Source of the DNA: the human T2T-CHM13v2.0 reference genome, Homo sapiens
Direction: 5' to 3' (one strand)
NCBI RefSeq assembly: GCF_009914755.1
Contig: NC_060932.1
DNA length: 64,000 nucleotides
The position numbers were made by a program, and so were the translations under genes. Below, in pieces: positions 45,865 through 61,602 of this stretch; within the stretch, counting starts at the first letter, position 1; each line of letters opens with the position of its first letter. The notes under the pieces are model-generated. The model ran no database searches, had not been told where the DNA came from, and saw only the letters and a program-made list of their open reading frames with translations.

Positions 45865-46228
45865 TGTTATGGCTTTGTCTGGGTCCCCACCCAAATCTCA
45901 TCCTGAATTGTAGCTCCCATAATCCCCACATGTTGTGTGAGGGACCTTGTGAGAGGTAACTGAACCATGGAGGCAGGTTTTTCCCATGTTATTCTCGTGA
46001 TAGTGAATAAGTCTCAAGAGATCTGATGGCTTTATAAAGGGCAGTTCCCCCGCACAGCTCTCTAGCCTGCTGCCACGTAAAAAGTGCCTGTGTTTTTCCT
46101 TTGCCTTCTGCCATGATTGTGAGGCCTCCCCAGCCATGTAGAACTGTGAGTCCATTAAACCTCTTTCCTTTATACATGACCTGGTCTCGGGTATGTCTTT
46201 ATTAGCAGTGTGAGAACAGATTAAGACG
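45865..46228 (+). mobile_element. THE1 (MaLR) solo LTR, THE1C-like
   Basis: TG..ATGG...GTCCCCACCCAAATCTCATCCTGAATTGTAGCTCCCATAATCCCCAC...CATTAAACCTCTTTCC...AGCAGTGTGAGAACAGA. Confidence 0.85.
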
Positions 46229-48333
46229 GAAAAGAACTCCAGGATGAATTGAAGATCCTTGACAGAGTGCAGGGGAAGGGAACTTACGAAGCACAAGTTT
46301 TAGAAGGGTTTACAAAGATAGACAGGGAGGAATACTGCAAAGACTCTGATAGACCACACAACGGTTGCAAACCAGTGAATCCTGTGGGAAGGCTGGGTTG
46401 GGAGTGAAGCAAATGTAAAGTTCTCACAGAAACCACAGGCTGTGGAGCTAGAGAGAGGACTAGGAGCCACCAGGTTTTATTCCCCTGTTTTACCCATGAA
46501 GAACCGGCGACACAGAGAAGGAAAGAGAAGGCCCCGGCCCTTCTCAAGCGGAATGCTGACCTGGGTCTTGAGAGCAGAATTCTTCTGCTCCATATCGTGC
46601 TATCCTCACAAAGGCCTGGAGGAAGTTCCAGGCAACTAAACTGCACCTGGTTAAGGAGGGGAGAGGGAGGTTGGATGGAACCCCCACATGGATCTAACTC
46701 TCAGCTTCCAGTCACTTTCACCAAGGCTCTGAGTGAGAGGCCCCTCCCCTCCAGACCCACACCTCACCCTGCGTCAGATTTCCCCCATGTAGTCATGGCC
46801 CTTTGACCTCGAGGCCTGACTCCTCTCTGTTCACACCCCGGACACCACCCCTGCCATCTCTGATCTCTCCATTCTTGCATGCAGGATATTTTACACAACA
46901 ACATGCCAATGGCCTTTGTCTTCCTCCCCTGAATCCCTTCAGCCCTTGTGTCTACAAGTCTGGAAGCTTCTAGAAGTCATGGGTCCTCTCTCGACTCGTG
47001 GACTTCCCACACCCAACACAGAGCCTGACATAGGCAAGTGCTCAGTGAACTGTAGGTGGCCTCTAGAAAACTGTACACCTTCTAGTACGGTTTTTTATTA
47101 ATTATATGGTGGTCTCCTAACCCCCAACCCTCAACCTGACCCAAAATGTAAGTTCCCTGAAGGAAGGAGCTGTTTCTGCTTTACTTACTGTTAAATGCCT
47201 AGAACAATGTGGTAATTGTTCCACACTCCTCTAAATATGTTGAGTGAATGCATGAAACTGATCGTACACCTACCTATTTGACAGCGGCAAAGCACTGGAA
47301 TTCCAACTGGCTCTTTATGAGTTTAGATTTTGTTTGTCTCAGGTTGATTATACAACTCCCCAGGGCAGGGGATATGTGGATCTCCCATAGCATCTAGCAA
47401 AATTGCCACGTGTATAGAAGCAGCTTAATATGTGCTAAGAATTTATTTCTATCAAATCATTAAGTGTTTGGTTTTTAACCTTCTCGGAGATCTGTCAAAA
47501 CCATCCCTCACGCACATTTCACAGAGATGAAAACTTTGGTAGGTTTCCGTAACATGACATTTTGTTTTTAAAATAATATACATGCTACAATATTTTACTT
47601 GATAAAATTGCCTTCAGTTTTGTTGCATTATTCCTTTAAAGAGTAGAACAGATTACTTATAGTAACACTCCATTTATTTCTATAAGTTCATGTACCCACA
47701 TCGATATCTAGCAAAAATATAAGGTTTGCAATGTTTCTTGGGTTTTTGAAAACCTGATTCTTCCCATGTGGGGCAAATAACCACAGCTTCCTGAAACACT
47801 TGGTCTTGGAAAGTTGGGCCTGGTTCTGCACCTGGGCCCTGGGCGGCCAGCCTGGGTCTGCCCAGCCTGCCTGGATCAGCCATCCTGAGCTGGAACCTCC
47901 CACAGCTGCATCCCACAGGAGGGCCCGGGCAAGCATGGACGCCTCAGTCTCAGAGCTTTCAGATAAAAGTGTCTGGGTGAGAACACCCAGTGATGACTAC
48001 AAACTGAATAACTGTGTTTTCTCCAGGAAGCAGCACCGTAGGCTTCTCTGCCTTTGGCTTTAGTTGCCTAAAAGCCCTGTCACCCTGGTTTTCTTTAGGG
48101 AACAGGGGTGCGTTTGAAATGAAGATCTACTCAAACGGAGTCTGGTCAACCTCCTCCCTCCCCTACCCCAGGCGATTCTCCCCCAACCACCCCCACCAGA
48201 GAGATGCTTGGAAAAAGTAAATCCAATCTCCTTCCCTACTCCCCCACCACACACACCCCACCCCCACCCCATGTGCTTAGAATGAAATAGAGAAGACCAG
48301 GCCTCAGTGTTCCTTAGCCAAAGGCCCATCTGT

Positions 48334-48792
48334 TGAGGCAGGAGAATAGGGGCCTGGAGGCAGGGAACAGAAGGCCTACCCACAATGACTTCCTAGAACT
48401 AAAGCAAATGGAAGCACTTCCGCAATGATGGGAATGCAAATGGCTTTGTAACTTCTCTTCATCCTCTCCATTTACGTAGACCACACACACCAAATAACAT
48501 CCTCTCCATTTACATAGGTTGTGCATTCCGAGTGAATGACTTTGTAACTTCACTTCAGTCTCTTCATTTACGTAGAGCATACACCAAGGAACCAGTGGGA
48601 AACCTCGAGAGTATGGAAACCTCAGAAAATTGTGTAACTGGGGCTCTTGAGCCACTGTGCTCAGGCTGCTCCCACACTGTGGAGTGTACTTTTGTTTCAA
48701 ATAAATCTATGCTTTTGCTTCCCTCCATTTGTGCATTTTGTCCAATTCTTTGTTCAAGACGGCAAGAACCTGGACACCTTCAATCGGTAACA
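48334..48792 (+). mobile_element. Solo ERV1 LTR, MER51 family
   Basis: Starts TGAGGCAGGAGAATAGGGG..CTGGAGGCAGGGAAC and ends GGTAACA; AATAAA at ~48700; 4-bp TSD CTGT on both sides. Confidence 0.8.
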
Positions 48793-49317
48793 CTGTGGTG
48801 GGTTCCCCACAGTGGAGCTGCGACCACCATGGTCTCCTCGCCTTGCCTCCAACCAGGTAGCCCCACTTTGGGTTCTGCTACTGGGTTTCTGCTGTCAACC
48901 CTCTGGCTGGAGCCCTCCTCAGGGGTCCAGTTCTCTCCCTGAGGTCAAAGGCCCTCCTCAGGGAGAACTTCACAGCCACCCCTCCACACTAGCCACACCT
49001 CTTTCTCTGTTCCCTACAGGGGTTTTCCATTCTTCAAGGCCCTTAGAGGTGTCTGACTACGGATCTTTTATGTATATGTTTATTATTTGTCTCATCCACC
49101 AGAAAAAGGTCCAGGAGGGCAGGAAATTCTGTCACTTCCAGGTCCCCAGTGCCCAGGACAGCACCTGTCCCAGAGGAAGGAAGAACTACTGCATGACTTA
49201 GATTTAATCATTGACCTATGTCTCCTCCTAGGACTCCTTAACTTCTCAAGAAAAGAAAGCAACATCATAATATCGATAACTATGGTCATTGGTTAAGTGC
49301 CAGATACACGTCCAGAC

Positions 49318-49717
49318 TTTCACTCGCATCCATGTGAAGAGACCACCAAACAGACTTTGTGTGAGCAACAAGGCTGTTTATTTCACCTGGGTGCAGGTGG
49401 GCTGAGTCCGAAAAGAGAGTCAGCAAAGGGACATAGGGGTGGGTCCTTTTTATAGGATTTGGGTAGGTAAAGGAAAATTAGTCAAAGGGGGTTGTTCTCT
49501 GGCAGGCAGGGGCAGGGGTCACAAGGTGCTCAGTGGGGGGAGCTTTTGAGCCAGGATGAGCCAGGAGAAGGAATTTCATAAGGTAATGTCATCAGTTAAG
49601 GCAGGAACAGGCCATTTTCACTTCTTTTGTGATTCTTCAGTTACTTCAGGCCATCTGGATGTCTACGTGAAGGTCACAGGGGATATGATGGCTTAGCTTG
49701 GGCTGAGAGGCCTGACA
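49318..49717 (-). mobile_element. Solo HERV-H LTR (LTR7 family, LTR7B-like)
   Basis: Minus strand starts TGTCAGGCCTCTCAGCCCAAGCTAAGCCATCATATCCCCTGTGACC and ends GCGAGTGAAA. TATAAAAA at 49454-49447 and AATAAA are present; 5-bp TSD CAGAC (49313-17 and 49718-22). Confidence 0.9.
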
Positions 49718-52458
49718 CAGACATCATGTGTCTTATTTATAATGTGCTCCATACCTGGCAGGATAATGATAACATCCTTGTTTTGCGAATATGGAAATGA
49801 AGGCTTGGGGTGGTTAAAGAACTTTCCAGAGTTGCTCAACTGAAAGGGTGAGAACCTGACTTCAAATCTAAGTCTGTTTTCTAGAGTTGTGCACTGTCAT
49901 CTCTATTTCAGCCTGAAAAATGACTTAAAATCTTCCTTTTTAGCACTAAGATTCTCTGATTTCTGAAAAGTTAGTTGCGACTATTGCCTGAAAAGTCAAA
50001 TTCTGGTTTCCTGGCTAATCAGAATCTCCTTCCTACTTGGTCTCACCCCATGTAGCATTTAAAACAGTTCAGCCAAAAAGACAGTGCCATTAGCTGATGG
50101 TGGGACCCAGCTAAAGCCGCTTAATTCCCAAGTCCGGTTCTTCCCTTGTTCAGGGTTCCCATGCCCTGGGCTTCCCTATTTTTGAAGTTGAATCAGTTAC
50201 ATCAACAACTCCTTCCTTTTATTGATTCCCTTCCTTCTATGATTCCTGGGCATCCTAGGGGTGGCATGACTGTTCATGCCAAGGGATCTTCCCTGTCATT
50301 GCCCTACGTCATCTTAGCTGGCAACATCTCATTTTATAAACTTCCATTTCACAGATAAGGTTAGTTTATTCTGTCTTAGAGCTAAGAAAAAGCTGAGATT
50401 TCGAAATCAATCCCTAATTTTGAAATCAATCAAGTGGCATGCAGTGATCAAAGACAGCCAGAAGTAACACCAATAAAATTAACAATGATATGTTCAGGAA
50501 TATATTATTTGTGGGCAAAAATATATTCCCAAGAATGTTCAGCTCAGCATTGTTTATAAGAGTAAAAACTGGCAATAATCAAATGTCCAACCCTAGGGGA
50601 TTGCTTAAGCAAATGACCGTAAGTCATTTAAATTGTGACATAGGGGTAATGTTCATGACTATGGAGAGATGTCCATGATATGTTGTTAAATTGGAAAAAA
50701 AAAAACAACAACAAAGCAGACTGGTAAAGGCGGATCCTCCATTTATCTTTCCAAGAATCCTTGCTGAAGTAATTATTTTTGGTAGCTTTCTTGACATTTT
50801 CTGTGCATTCAAAGATGTTTAGTCTGGTACAGACACAGACACATCCTTTTGTGTAAAATAGAGACAGACTGTCTATACGTCCTATTCTGCAGCATGATTT
50901 TTTTAATACCTAACAATATATCTTGGGCACCTGTCAATGTTGATTCATTTAGATCTGCCTTATCCTGCTAATGGTCACCTGGTATTCTATTTGTCTGTAC
51001 TTTCTTTCTGCTGATATTCTGTGTCCACTGTATGCCAGTATGCCAGATACCATGCTAGGCAGAGCTTCACTAAGCTTGATATGTGGAAGTACTGCAGTTT
51101 TCTTCATGATTGCTTAGCTGATAGATGGTTATTCCCATTTTTTTAAACGTGCTTCCATAAACAACTTTATGTACACACACACACACACACACACACATCA
51201 CTCTGCTGTGTATCTATGTTTGTGTATACTGGGGTGGAATGGGAAGTAGGGGACTTCCAAGAAGTGGCCCCAGGTGGTCAAAGGGTGTGTACAGCTTAAA
51301 TTTTCATAAATAAATAGATAGATAGATTTGTCTTAGATATCTTAAATGTTAAAGGTCAACAAAGAAATATGGACTTTATCCTTGGCAGGGGAAAAGACAC
51401 ACAGAGGCTTTGGAGCTGTGATGCTGATTTATAAACTGGTGTTTTGGGAAAGAAGAGAAAGTGAAAGAGCCACATATGTGGAGCATCTCTCATTTGCTCA
51501 GTGCTTTCTTAGGTTGTTACAGTCGGTCCTCACATCTCCTCTGTCGTTGCTTGGAAGACATGTGATGGGTGCTCCATGAACATGCTTGAAATGAATGGAT
51601 GAGTGGATACACAATAGGCACTCTGATCCCCAATGTCAAGGTGAGAAAATTGATGTGGGGAGAGGTTGAAGGCTCGCTTGACACCTCACTGCCAGGTGCG
51701 CTGCACCCAGAGGTTGATCTGTGTCCATAGCAGCAACTTGGAGGGTGACGAGACGGGGGCCAGGAGGCCAGTGAGGACGGGCTTGGAGGATTGCATCCTA
51801 TGATGGACACCTGTAGAGCGAGAGCTGGAAAGGCAGGACAGAGAAATAATAATGTCTGAACTTTCCAGAGACAGTCCTGGCTACATGGCATGGCATTATC
51901 CGTCCCTGTTATTCAAGAAAAACAAATCCACTTTCCTAAATTACATGCCTGTGTCTGTATTATAGGAATTACATGTCCTCCCCCATCTGCTCTGCAAACA
52001 TCCATTGTCCCAGCCCTCTGGCTTAGCAGTATCAGTTATTTTGACAAACTGCCTGTGCTCACATGCCCGGCCTGGCTTTGCAGTCACCTACCTTTTGCTG
52101 AGGGGTGGGAAAGCCTCCCGACAAATATTTGCAGAGTGAAAGTAAACTCAGGTGGGAGGTTGCAATCCCTGAATGATCCCAGACCTCAGGCTCCCTGGGC
52201 AAGGCAGGGGTAGAAGGGAGCTCACTCTGCTTCCAAAGATTAAGGACGTGGCCACCACACAGAGTCTCTGGAAATGACAATCAGGAAATGATTGTCAGCC
52301 TCATGAAGGTCTAGACTTTCTGTTTGTGCTCGGTCAGTTGGATATAAGTTTCACTATCTTTTTCCCTTTTGCTTTTTTATGACATTTCAGACCAATTAAA
52401 AAATTGCTTTTCTTTAACTTTTACAAGACCCCATATTTCACGTGATCAAAATTTTTGA

Positions 52459-52835
<377 letters not shown>

Positions 52836-53813
52836 TGACTTTCTTTTTATTTTTTATAACAACTTTCAAGTTTTTATTTGTGAGTACATCTTATACAAAA
52901 CATATTAGCATTTAGAGACATACTCGTGCGTACTTTATAAAATAAAATACATTCATTGGGATATACGCTCCATATTTTTCTACACAAATAAGGCATCTTT
53001 TGGAGAACGCTGTGCTGGAACATCAGAGCTAGAAGAGACCTTAGCAACTCCAGGCAATTCACTGTCCAACTTTAACAGGTCTTGGATTTGGCAGAGATAC
53101 CCCGAAGATGCTGGCGCAGAGGTCTGGGGTGAAGCCCAGTCATCTGCTCTTTGACAAAGTCTCTGCATGGTTCCGAAACATGTGTCCTTGGACCACAGCG
53201 CCTGACACTGTGAACCAGGGCTTTGTCTGGGTTTGCAAAGGGAAGGCCCTGGCCTTCTTCCTTTCTCCAGGCTCTGTGGCCCTGGGATGTCCTTCAGGCT
53301 GTCCCCCTTATCTAACCTACTGCCATTTGCCTTCTCAAGTGTCCTCTTTAGTGACACCATTGATGTTTCCCAGAGGATCAACTATCTTTCCCTCCTGGGT
53401 AACTACTGTTTATGAAAAATAAACTTTCTTGATAACCAAAGATCTAAACTTAAGGAATTATCCCTCTCCCTTGTCACTACTATGAGATTTTTTGCTATTT
53501 ATTTGTGTGTCTCTTTTGTTGGTGGTCCCAGAATTTGTCTGGTCTTTAGAATCACCTTGGAACATTTTGGAGAGATTCCAAGTCCCCACCCCAGAGGTTA
53601 CAGTTTAGAAGATCTGATCTACTTAATCCTCTCAACAACCCTAATTTGGAGGCTCAGGGTAGTTAAGACACTCATCCAAGTTCCAACAGCTGGAAAGTGG
53701 CCAATCCAAAATTCAAGCTTGCATCTGAGTCTTATGAGTCTTTTCATACACCAGGAGGCCACACACACCATAAGGAGGGAGTTTCACTACAAGAAAAAAA
53801 AAAAAAAAAAGTC

Positions 53814-54140
53814 AGCTGGGCGCGGTGGCTCACGCCTGTAATCCCAACACTTTGGCAGAGGTGGGTGGATCACTTGAGGTCAGGAGTTTGAGACCACCCT
53901 GGCCAACATGGTAAAACCCCATCTCTACTAAACAACAACAACGGCAACAAAAAATTAGCCAGGTGTGATGGCGGGTGCCTATAGTCCCAGCTACTCAGGA
54001 GGCTGAGGCAGGAGAATCACTTGAATCTGGGAGGTGGAGGTTGCAGTGAGCCGAGTTCATGCCATTCCAGCCTGGGTGACAGAGCGAGACTCCACCTCAA
54101 AAGAAAAAAAAAGAAAGGAAAGAAAACGAAAAAAAAAAAA
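53814..54140 (+). mobile_element. AluS (small deletions)
   Basis: Dimeric Alu. Confidence 0.85.
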
Positions 54141-55539
54141 GTGGCTGTAAGACACCTGAGAGTGGTTGGCCCCAATGTTAGCACTGGAGTAGCAGATAAG
54201 ACCAAGCCTCAGTGTGAGTGAGCACCAGGATGCCTTTGGAGCTGAAGTCCCTTCTGTCTTAAGTTAGGGGCAGACTCAAGGTCAGTGCTGATCCCAGGCT
54301 GCAAAGAGGTCAGGGACTATGGGAGAGACAGGTTGGGGCTGGAACAGGCAGGCTGGGGAAAATGGCAGAGGATGCTTCCTTGCTGTCCTGACTCAACCAA
54401 GAGCAGAGGGCCAGTCAGATGGGGGAGAAGGAAAGAAGAAGGAGAGGGGGTAGTTTTAAGGGATGACCAAACAGATTTGGTTAGAGGTCGAACAAATGAA
54501 AGGCTTCCAATCTGGGAGAAAAAGCAGTGCTGGAAAAGATCTTTGAAGCAAAGTCAACAGCTCTGCTCCAAAGTGGGCCCTTGAGAGAATTTCCCAGGCC
54601 AGCTGCCCTCCCAGTCCCCACCTGCTCCCCGCCCCTCCCAAGGCCCGGCCCACCCCAGCTCAGCCTTCTATGCCCACAGCCCGGTTTCCTCTCCAACATA
54701 AGCACCTTTCTTTTTCATGCACCCAAGATGCTCTAATAGGTCACCCTGGGAAACGCCCTTCAGATTCAAAGCCAGTAGGATGAGGCCAAGGCCAGAGGGC
54801 AGGAGCCGTGGGAAAGCAGAGGCCCCAGGCACCAAAGGGTGGGCACCAGCTCTTATGCTCACGGCGAGACATGCCCCCTTCTTTTCCCCGTACTTAAAGG
54901 CGCCCTTCTTTCTCCGGGTACAATACAGTGAATACGGCCGGGATTCCAGGCTGAGTGGGACATTCTTGCATTGTGTCAGCCATAATGAGGGGCTTTGGTG
55001 GGCCACGGGCCTCCCAGCATGGGACTTCACATGGCTAAAGAGACTTTGCTGGGGAGGGGGCAGGGGTTTCTGGGCCTTTCTCAGAAAACAGTGAAAAAGG
55101 CAGCCTCTGCCCTCAGAGCAGAACCTTAGAGAACGCTGGGCCCAAGGCAGCCTCTGAGAAAAGCCCCTCCTGTGGGCGGCTTGCCAGCCCTGCAGAGCCT
55201 GAACCAGGGCCACATGGGGCCAGGGGCCACGACCAGGAAGGTGGATATATGAGCAACTGTCACTCGTTCACACAGCGCCCCGCTCCTGGGCTCAGGTTCC
55301 ATATCTGTAAAATGAGAGTGTTAGAGGAAAATGCTCCAAGCTCCCTTTCAACTTTAAGATATTCTTTCTGGGACCGGCTACGAACCAGTCCCAGACTTGG
55401 GGCAAGTGGCTCGCACATTCGGGGTGTCTTGTTCAAAAAGCAGGATAAAGGTGCTGGTACTGAAATATCAAGTTTTTTCCTTTCTTCCACAATCTCTGTC
55501 TTTCTCTCTCAAGTTATCAGGCTTTATTTTTTTTTATTT

Positions 55540-55903
<364 letters not shown>

Positions 55904-56490
55904 TAAGTGTTATTATCCCTTATTATATTGCGTAATGCCAATTTTAAATGCCAATAAGGCCCTTTAACTCATATACAGAATTACCAAGACCACACAGTTT
56001 GTATTTCATAGCTTGCTACTCTATGCGAATGTATTTTGGTCTGACCAGGCAGTGGAAGTGCGACCCAAAAGTAACTCAGCTCTTTCTATTTCCCTTCGTG
56101 GTCTGCACACATTCCATAACACTCTCCACCTCTGATTTCCGGCCTGCTGACCAGCAAGGAAGGACTGACGGGAAAGGAACTGTGGGTTTCCTCATCTAAT
56201 CTTTGACTTCTGTATCATATTTTCAGCATAATTAGGTGACCCCCACAGAGAAATGATATGATAGGGATCCCTCGGCTGTTCATGTTTCTGTTGCCTTCTT
56301 TTCATGTTTGGAGCAAGTTCTGGTTCCAAAGGAAAGGTGGTGTCTCAGGGCCATCCGTGCCTCCCGTAGCCAGTTCTAGAAGTAGGGTGCTTTGCTTGTG
56401 CAGCCTTTCAGCCTCACTCACGCCTGGAGCTCAGGGACTGCAATGCTGTGCTCCTGGAGCCTTGAGTAATATGCAAATGAGAAGCAAGGG

Positions 56491-56838
<348 letters not shown>

Positions 56839-57372
56839 TCACTTGCATGCTCCATTGACTTAGCAGACTTTACTTGCAAGATGCAAGTTTAATGACAACA
56901 CTCGTAAGCATTGCCAATGATGGCAGAGTATTCAACCAACTAAGAGCCCCTCTAGGCATGGGCAGCCCTGTGTGATGGCCTTGAGACCACCCTGCTGCCG
57001 CTCCCAGTGCTGAACTACAGCCTTCCCCGCAGGCTGATACAGCAGGCACTCACACATCTACCTCTGCTGGATGACTTGGGGCAAGTGGCTTGCACATTCT
57101 GAACTTCCGTTTCCTCATCTGGAAAATAAAGCTAGTACTGGGAAATAGTCATAATTTTTACAAGGATTGCATTCAATTAAAACATCTAGAACATACTGCA
57201 GCTCTTACTTTAATAAGATAAGAAATCCTCTCCAGGTGGGTAGGAGTGACCGACAGCAAGGAGTCATGGACTGGAGAAATGCCTGGAGTCCACAGGGCAG
57301 AGGAGCTTCCAAATATTTGGTTTAGGACAGAGTCAGACAGTCATATAGCCTCCAGTCGCAGACAGGAGCTCA

Positions 57373-57890
<518 letters not shown>

Positions 57891-57984
57891 AGAGTTCATC
57901 TCCTCAATCTCCTCCCTGTCAGAAATGGGTCAGAGAAATATTTTCAAAACTATCTCCTACGAGATATAAATAGATGTTTCATGA

Positions 57985-58068
57985 AAAAAGAAGGAAGAGG
58001 AGGAAGGGAAGAAAAAGAAATGGAGGGAGAGGAAGAGGAGGAGGGAGAAGGGGGAGGAGAGAAGAAAA
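57985..58068. repeat. Polypurine (GA-rich) low-complexity tract
   Basis: Directly visible. Confidence 0.8.
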
Positions 58069-59904
58069 TCAATGACAACAACATGACGATTTGAGAAATA
58101 CCAAGTTAAACACATTTCAACAGGTTCTTCATAATGGAACATGCAACATCATTAATATACGCCCAGGCATGTCACTCTCCAGGCAGTATTTCCTATACTT
58201 ATTTCTGCAGGGAGCGGTTTTCCATAAAGCACTGTGCAGAGCACAGCCTAACAATTTTGACACCACGGAGATCTGATGAGACTGTGCTGGTGTAGATGTA
58301 GTATTTGTGACTGCCAGGTAGAGGGGCAGGAGAGGGCTGCAAGCTCCTCCCAGTGCCTCTTGAAGGAACCCAGAGCTTTGAGACCATGAGAAGGAAAAGG
58401 CATGGGCTAGAGACATGCATGCAGCTGCTCCTGAGGAAGGACACTGGCCCAAAGGCCGCACCTCCCTGCTGCTGTGTTGCAGATGGGCATTGACCTTCCA
58501 CAGAAGCCAGGCTATGCAAAGACACAAAACGACGGTCTGCAGTGCATTCCAGGAGGGCCACTTCTAGTTCCCATGCCCCTGATAGAAGTCAGAAAGACCC
58601 ACTGCCCAAGGCCAATCACATCTCACAACCTCAGCCTTCCCGGCTTTCCTGGGATGCAGCCCTGCTTCCCCAGAAGTTTGATGCACAAAAAGTATATTGC
58701 ACGCCACAGCCATTCTCTCCAAATCTCCTCTTGTTCACTGGGCAGGAGGAGTAACTACTCGTGAACCACTCAATCTTCTCTTGGAAGGTACTGTTATCAA
58801 CAAAAAGAACCCAAGGATCACATACCAGGAAGGCGATTTAGGTGATTTTGCAGCAATGCTGTTCACTGAATCCCACTTTTCAAAAATCCACCTTCTCTCT
58901 TCCGTGGGAACCCAGGGAACTGCATGAATGAGCACTCAACACTCTAAACGCAGGTCCAGAACTTGCAGGTGATTCATAAGATCGCTGCCCCTCTCTGAGT
59001 CTCAGATTCTGTATGTAGAAAATCAAAGTCCCAGAGGTTGGCACTTCCTTCACATAAGTAAGAAGCTAATACGGAAAAGCATTGGGCTGCTTCCTTTTGC
59101 TCGGACACCAAGGGAAAGAACCTTGAACCTATTAATGGAACCTCCGGGGAGACAGATTTCGGCTCAGAAGAAGAAAGCACTTTCTAAGTATGATGTCCTG
59201 GGAAGGGTTTGAGCAAGGGATCACAGACAGCTAGGCACAGATCCTGGATTTAGAGTCTGACCAATTTTTATCTGAATTCCAGCATTTTCACCTTCTTAGC
59301 TGTGTAACTGAGGGCAATTTACTCAACAACTCTACGCCTCCAGTCCTTGTCTGTAAAATGTAGATTGCAATCAGTTAATTTGCTTATTCATCCATCATCA
59401 TTAATTCACAGTGTTTGTTCTGCTACACACGAGCACCACGTAAGAACAGCAGCATCCCACCAGGGGTAAACCCCTTGCAAGGAAAGTGCCTGACGCCATG
59501 TGACAGATGACAGGCGCCTAGTAAAAGCCGACTGGTATTACTTTTCAGTGGATGGAGCTGCCTCCAGAGGGAGTGAGCTGCCCCAGGAAGGCCAGGTAAG
59601 CTCTGAGGAAGGATGTGGAGGAGGGGACTCTGGCATCAGGCAGAGAACTCTTCCTGCTTGGGGGCCCCTGGGGTCTCTTCTGGCCACCCAGGAGAGGCTC
59701 ATCTGGGACTGTGGCTCAGCCTCCCAGAATGGAGCTCTTTCCCCGGACCCACACAAAAAGCCAAGGAAAGTGCTAAGGGGACACATGGGCTGAGCAGGGC
59801 AGCAGCGAGACAAAGAGCCTTCCAAGAGGCAGCCACAAAATGGGCACTTCTAGGCCTCGGGGCAGCGACCGGCGCCTCCGCAGGGGCTGATTTCTGACGG
59901 AAGT

Positions 59905-59920
59905 GGGCCCTCTGGCGGGC
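59905..59920 (-). promoter_or_regulatory. Candidate CTCF site (GCCCGCCAGAGGGCCC) with an adjacent ETS motif in a small CpG-rich patch
   Basis: Minus strand reads GCCCGCCAGAGGGCCC; ACGGAAGTG lies at 59897-59905; local CpG cluster at 59858-59935. Confidence 0.5.
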
Positions 59921-60848
59921 GGCGGGGGTAACGTCCCTGCCCAGGGCTCTGGCCCCTTTCTGAGCCAGCCTGGATCCTAAGCACAGGACTGCTGTCTAAG
60001 GTCTGCAGGCATCCTTGTTGCAAACCCCAAAGCACAGGCATTAGTATGAACGGCGGGGAAAAGTGCATTCAGCCAGAGTGAATTGTGGTCAGGGAGGTGA
60101 ATGAGCTTTATTTTGGAGACCCAAATGGACTCCCACCCCATGCCTTTGGAGTCATTATCCACTCTTCCCAGAAATCCACTATGGCTCATGGGCCACCTCA
60201 TTCCTGTCGCTCATCCGGCATCCCACACTGTCCTACTCTGCGCCTTAGATTCTGATGCTAACGGGTGAGTCATGGGTGGGCTTAGGGCACATCCAGGCCC
60301 TGGGGCCGCAGATCTGGCAGGTAGCCCATGACTGACTCGCTGTCTTTTGCGTGAGCGTGTAGCATAAAATGCCTGATCATGGGCACATTGTTTTCCAAAG
60401 ATGAGGCAATGAGTGAACTGATGCCCTTAGGTGTGGGCATTACTTTCTTTCTGAGAACTCCCCAATGCCACCTGGTTTTCATGACCCTCATGACTCTGCA
60501 TGGCTGCCTGCACCTGCCCCCGTCAGAGACCATTTCTGCCTGTGGTCTGAGCAGAAGGGGGAGTGAGCCCCACGTCCTCCACCACCCACCACGACTGCCA
60601 CCCCAACCACACTGCCTGGCCATGATGGGTACCTGAACTGGGTGTAGCCACCTGCAGGATGCCAGCAACCTACACCTAATGCCACTGGCATAGTAGATAT
60701 GCCAGCCTATTTGCTTATCTACTACACAGGGACCCAGCAAGGACATGGCAAGGGGCTGTTGGAACCAACACTGAAGGGTTGTGTAGAGAGGGAAGGGGTA
60801 CACTGGAGGCAAAGGGTGCTGAGATAAAGTTGGTTATACTTCTGGCTT

Positions 60849-61245
60849 ATGGTGGTTAATTTTATGTGTCTATTTGGCTTGGCCATGGTGCCCAGATATC
60901 TGATCAAACATTATTCTGGATGTTTCTGTAAGGACATTTTTGGATGAGATTAACATTGAAATCAGTGGACTTTGAGTAAACCATATTGCCCTCCCCAATG
61001 TGAGTGGGCCTTGTCTAATCGGGTGAAGGCCTGAATAGAACAAAAGACTGACTTTCTGGGAGTGGGAGGTGATTCTGCAGATGGATCCCTTTGGACTTGA
61101 ACTGCAGCATTGACGCTCCTGGGTCTCCAGCCTGCTGGCTCACCCTACAGATTCTGGACTTGCCAGCTTTTCTAAGTGCTTGAGCCAATTTCTTAAAATA
61201 CATCTCTTTCTAGATATATCTACATCCTATTTCCTCTGGAGAGAA
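60849..61245 (+). mobile_element. MLT2 (ERVL) LTR
   Basis: TGGTGGTTAATTTTATGTGTC...GGATGAGATTAACATTGAAATCAGTGGACTTTGAGTAAA...GAGCCAATTTCTTAAAAT. Confidence 0.75.
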
Positions 61246-61252
61246 ACTGTGA

Positions 61253-61602
<350 letters not shown>

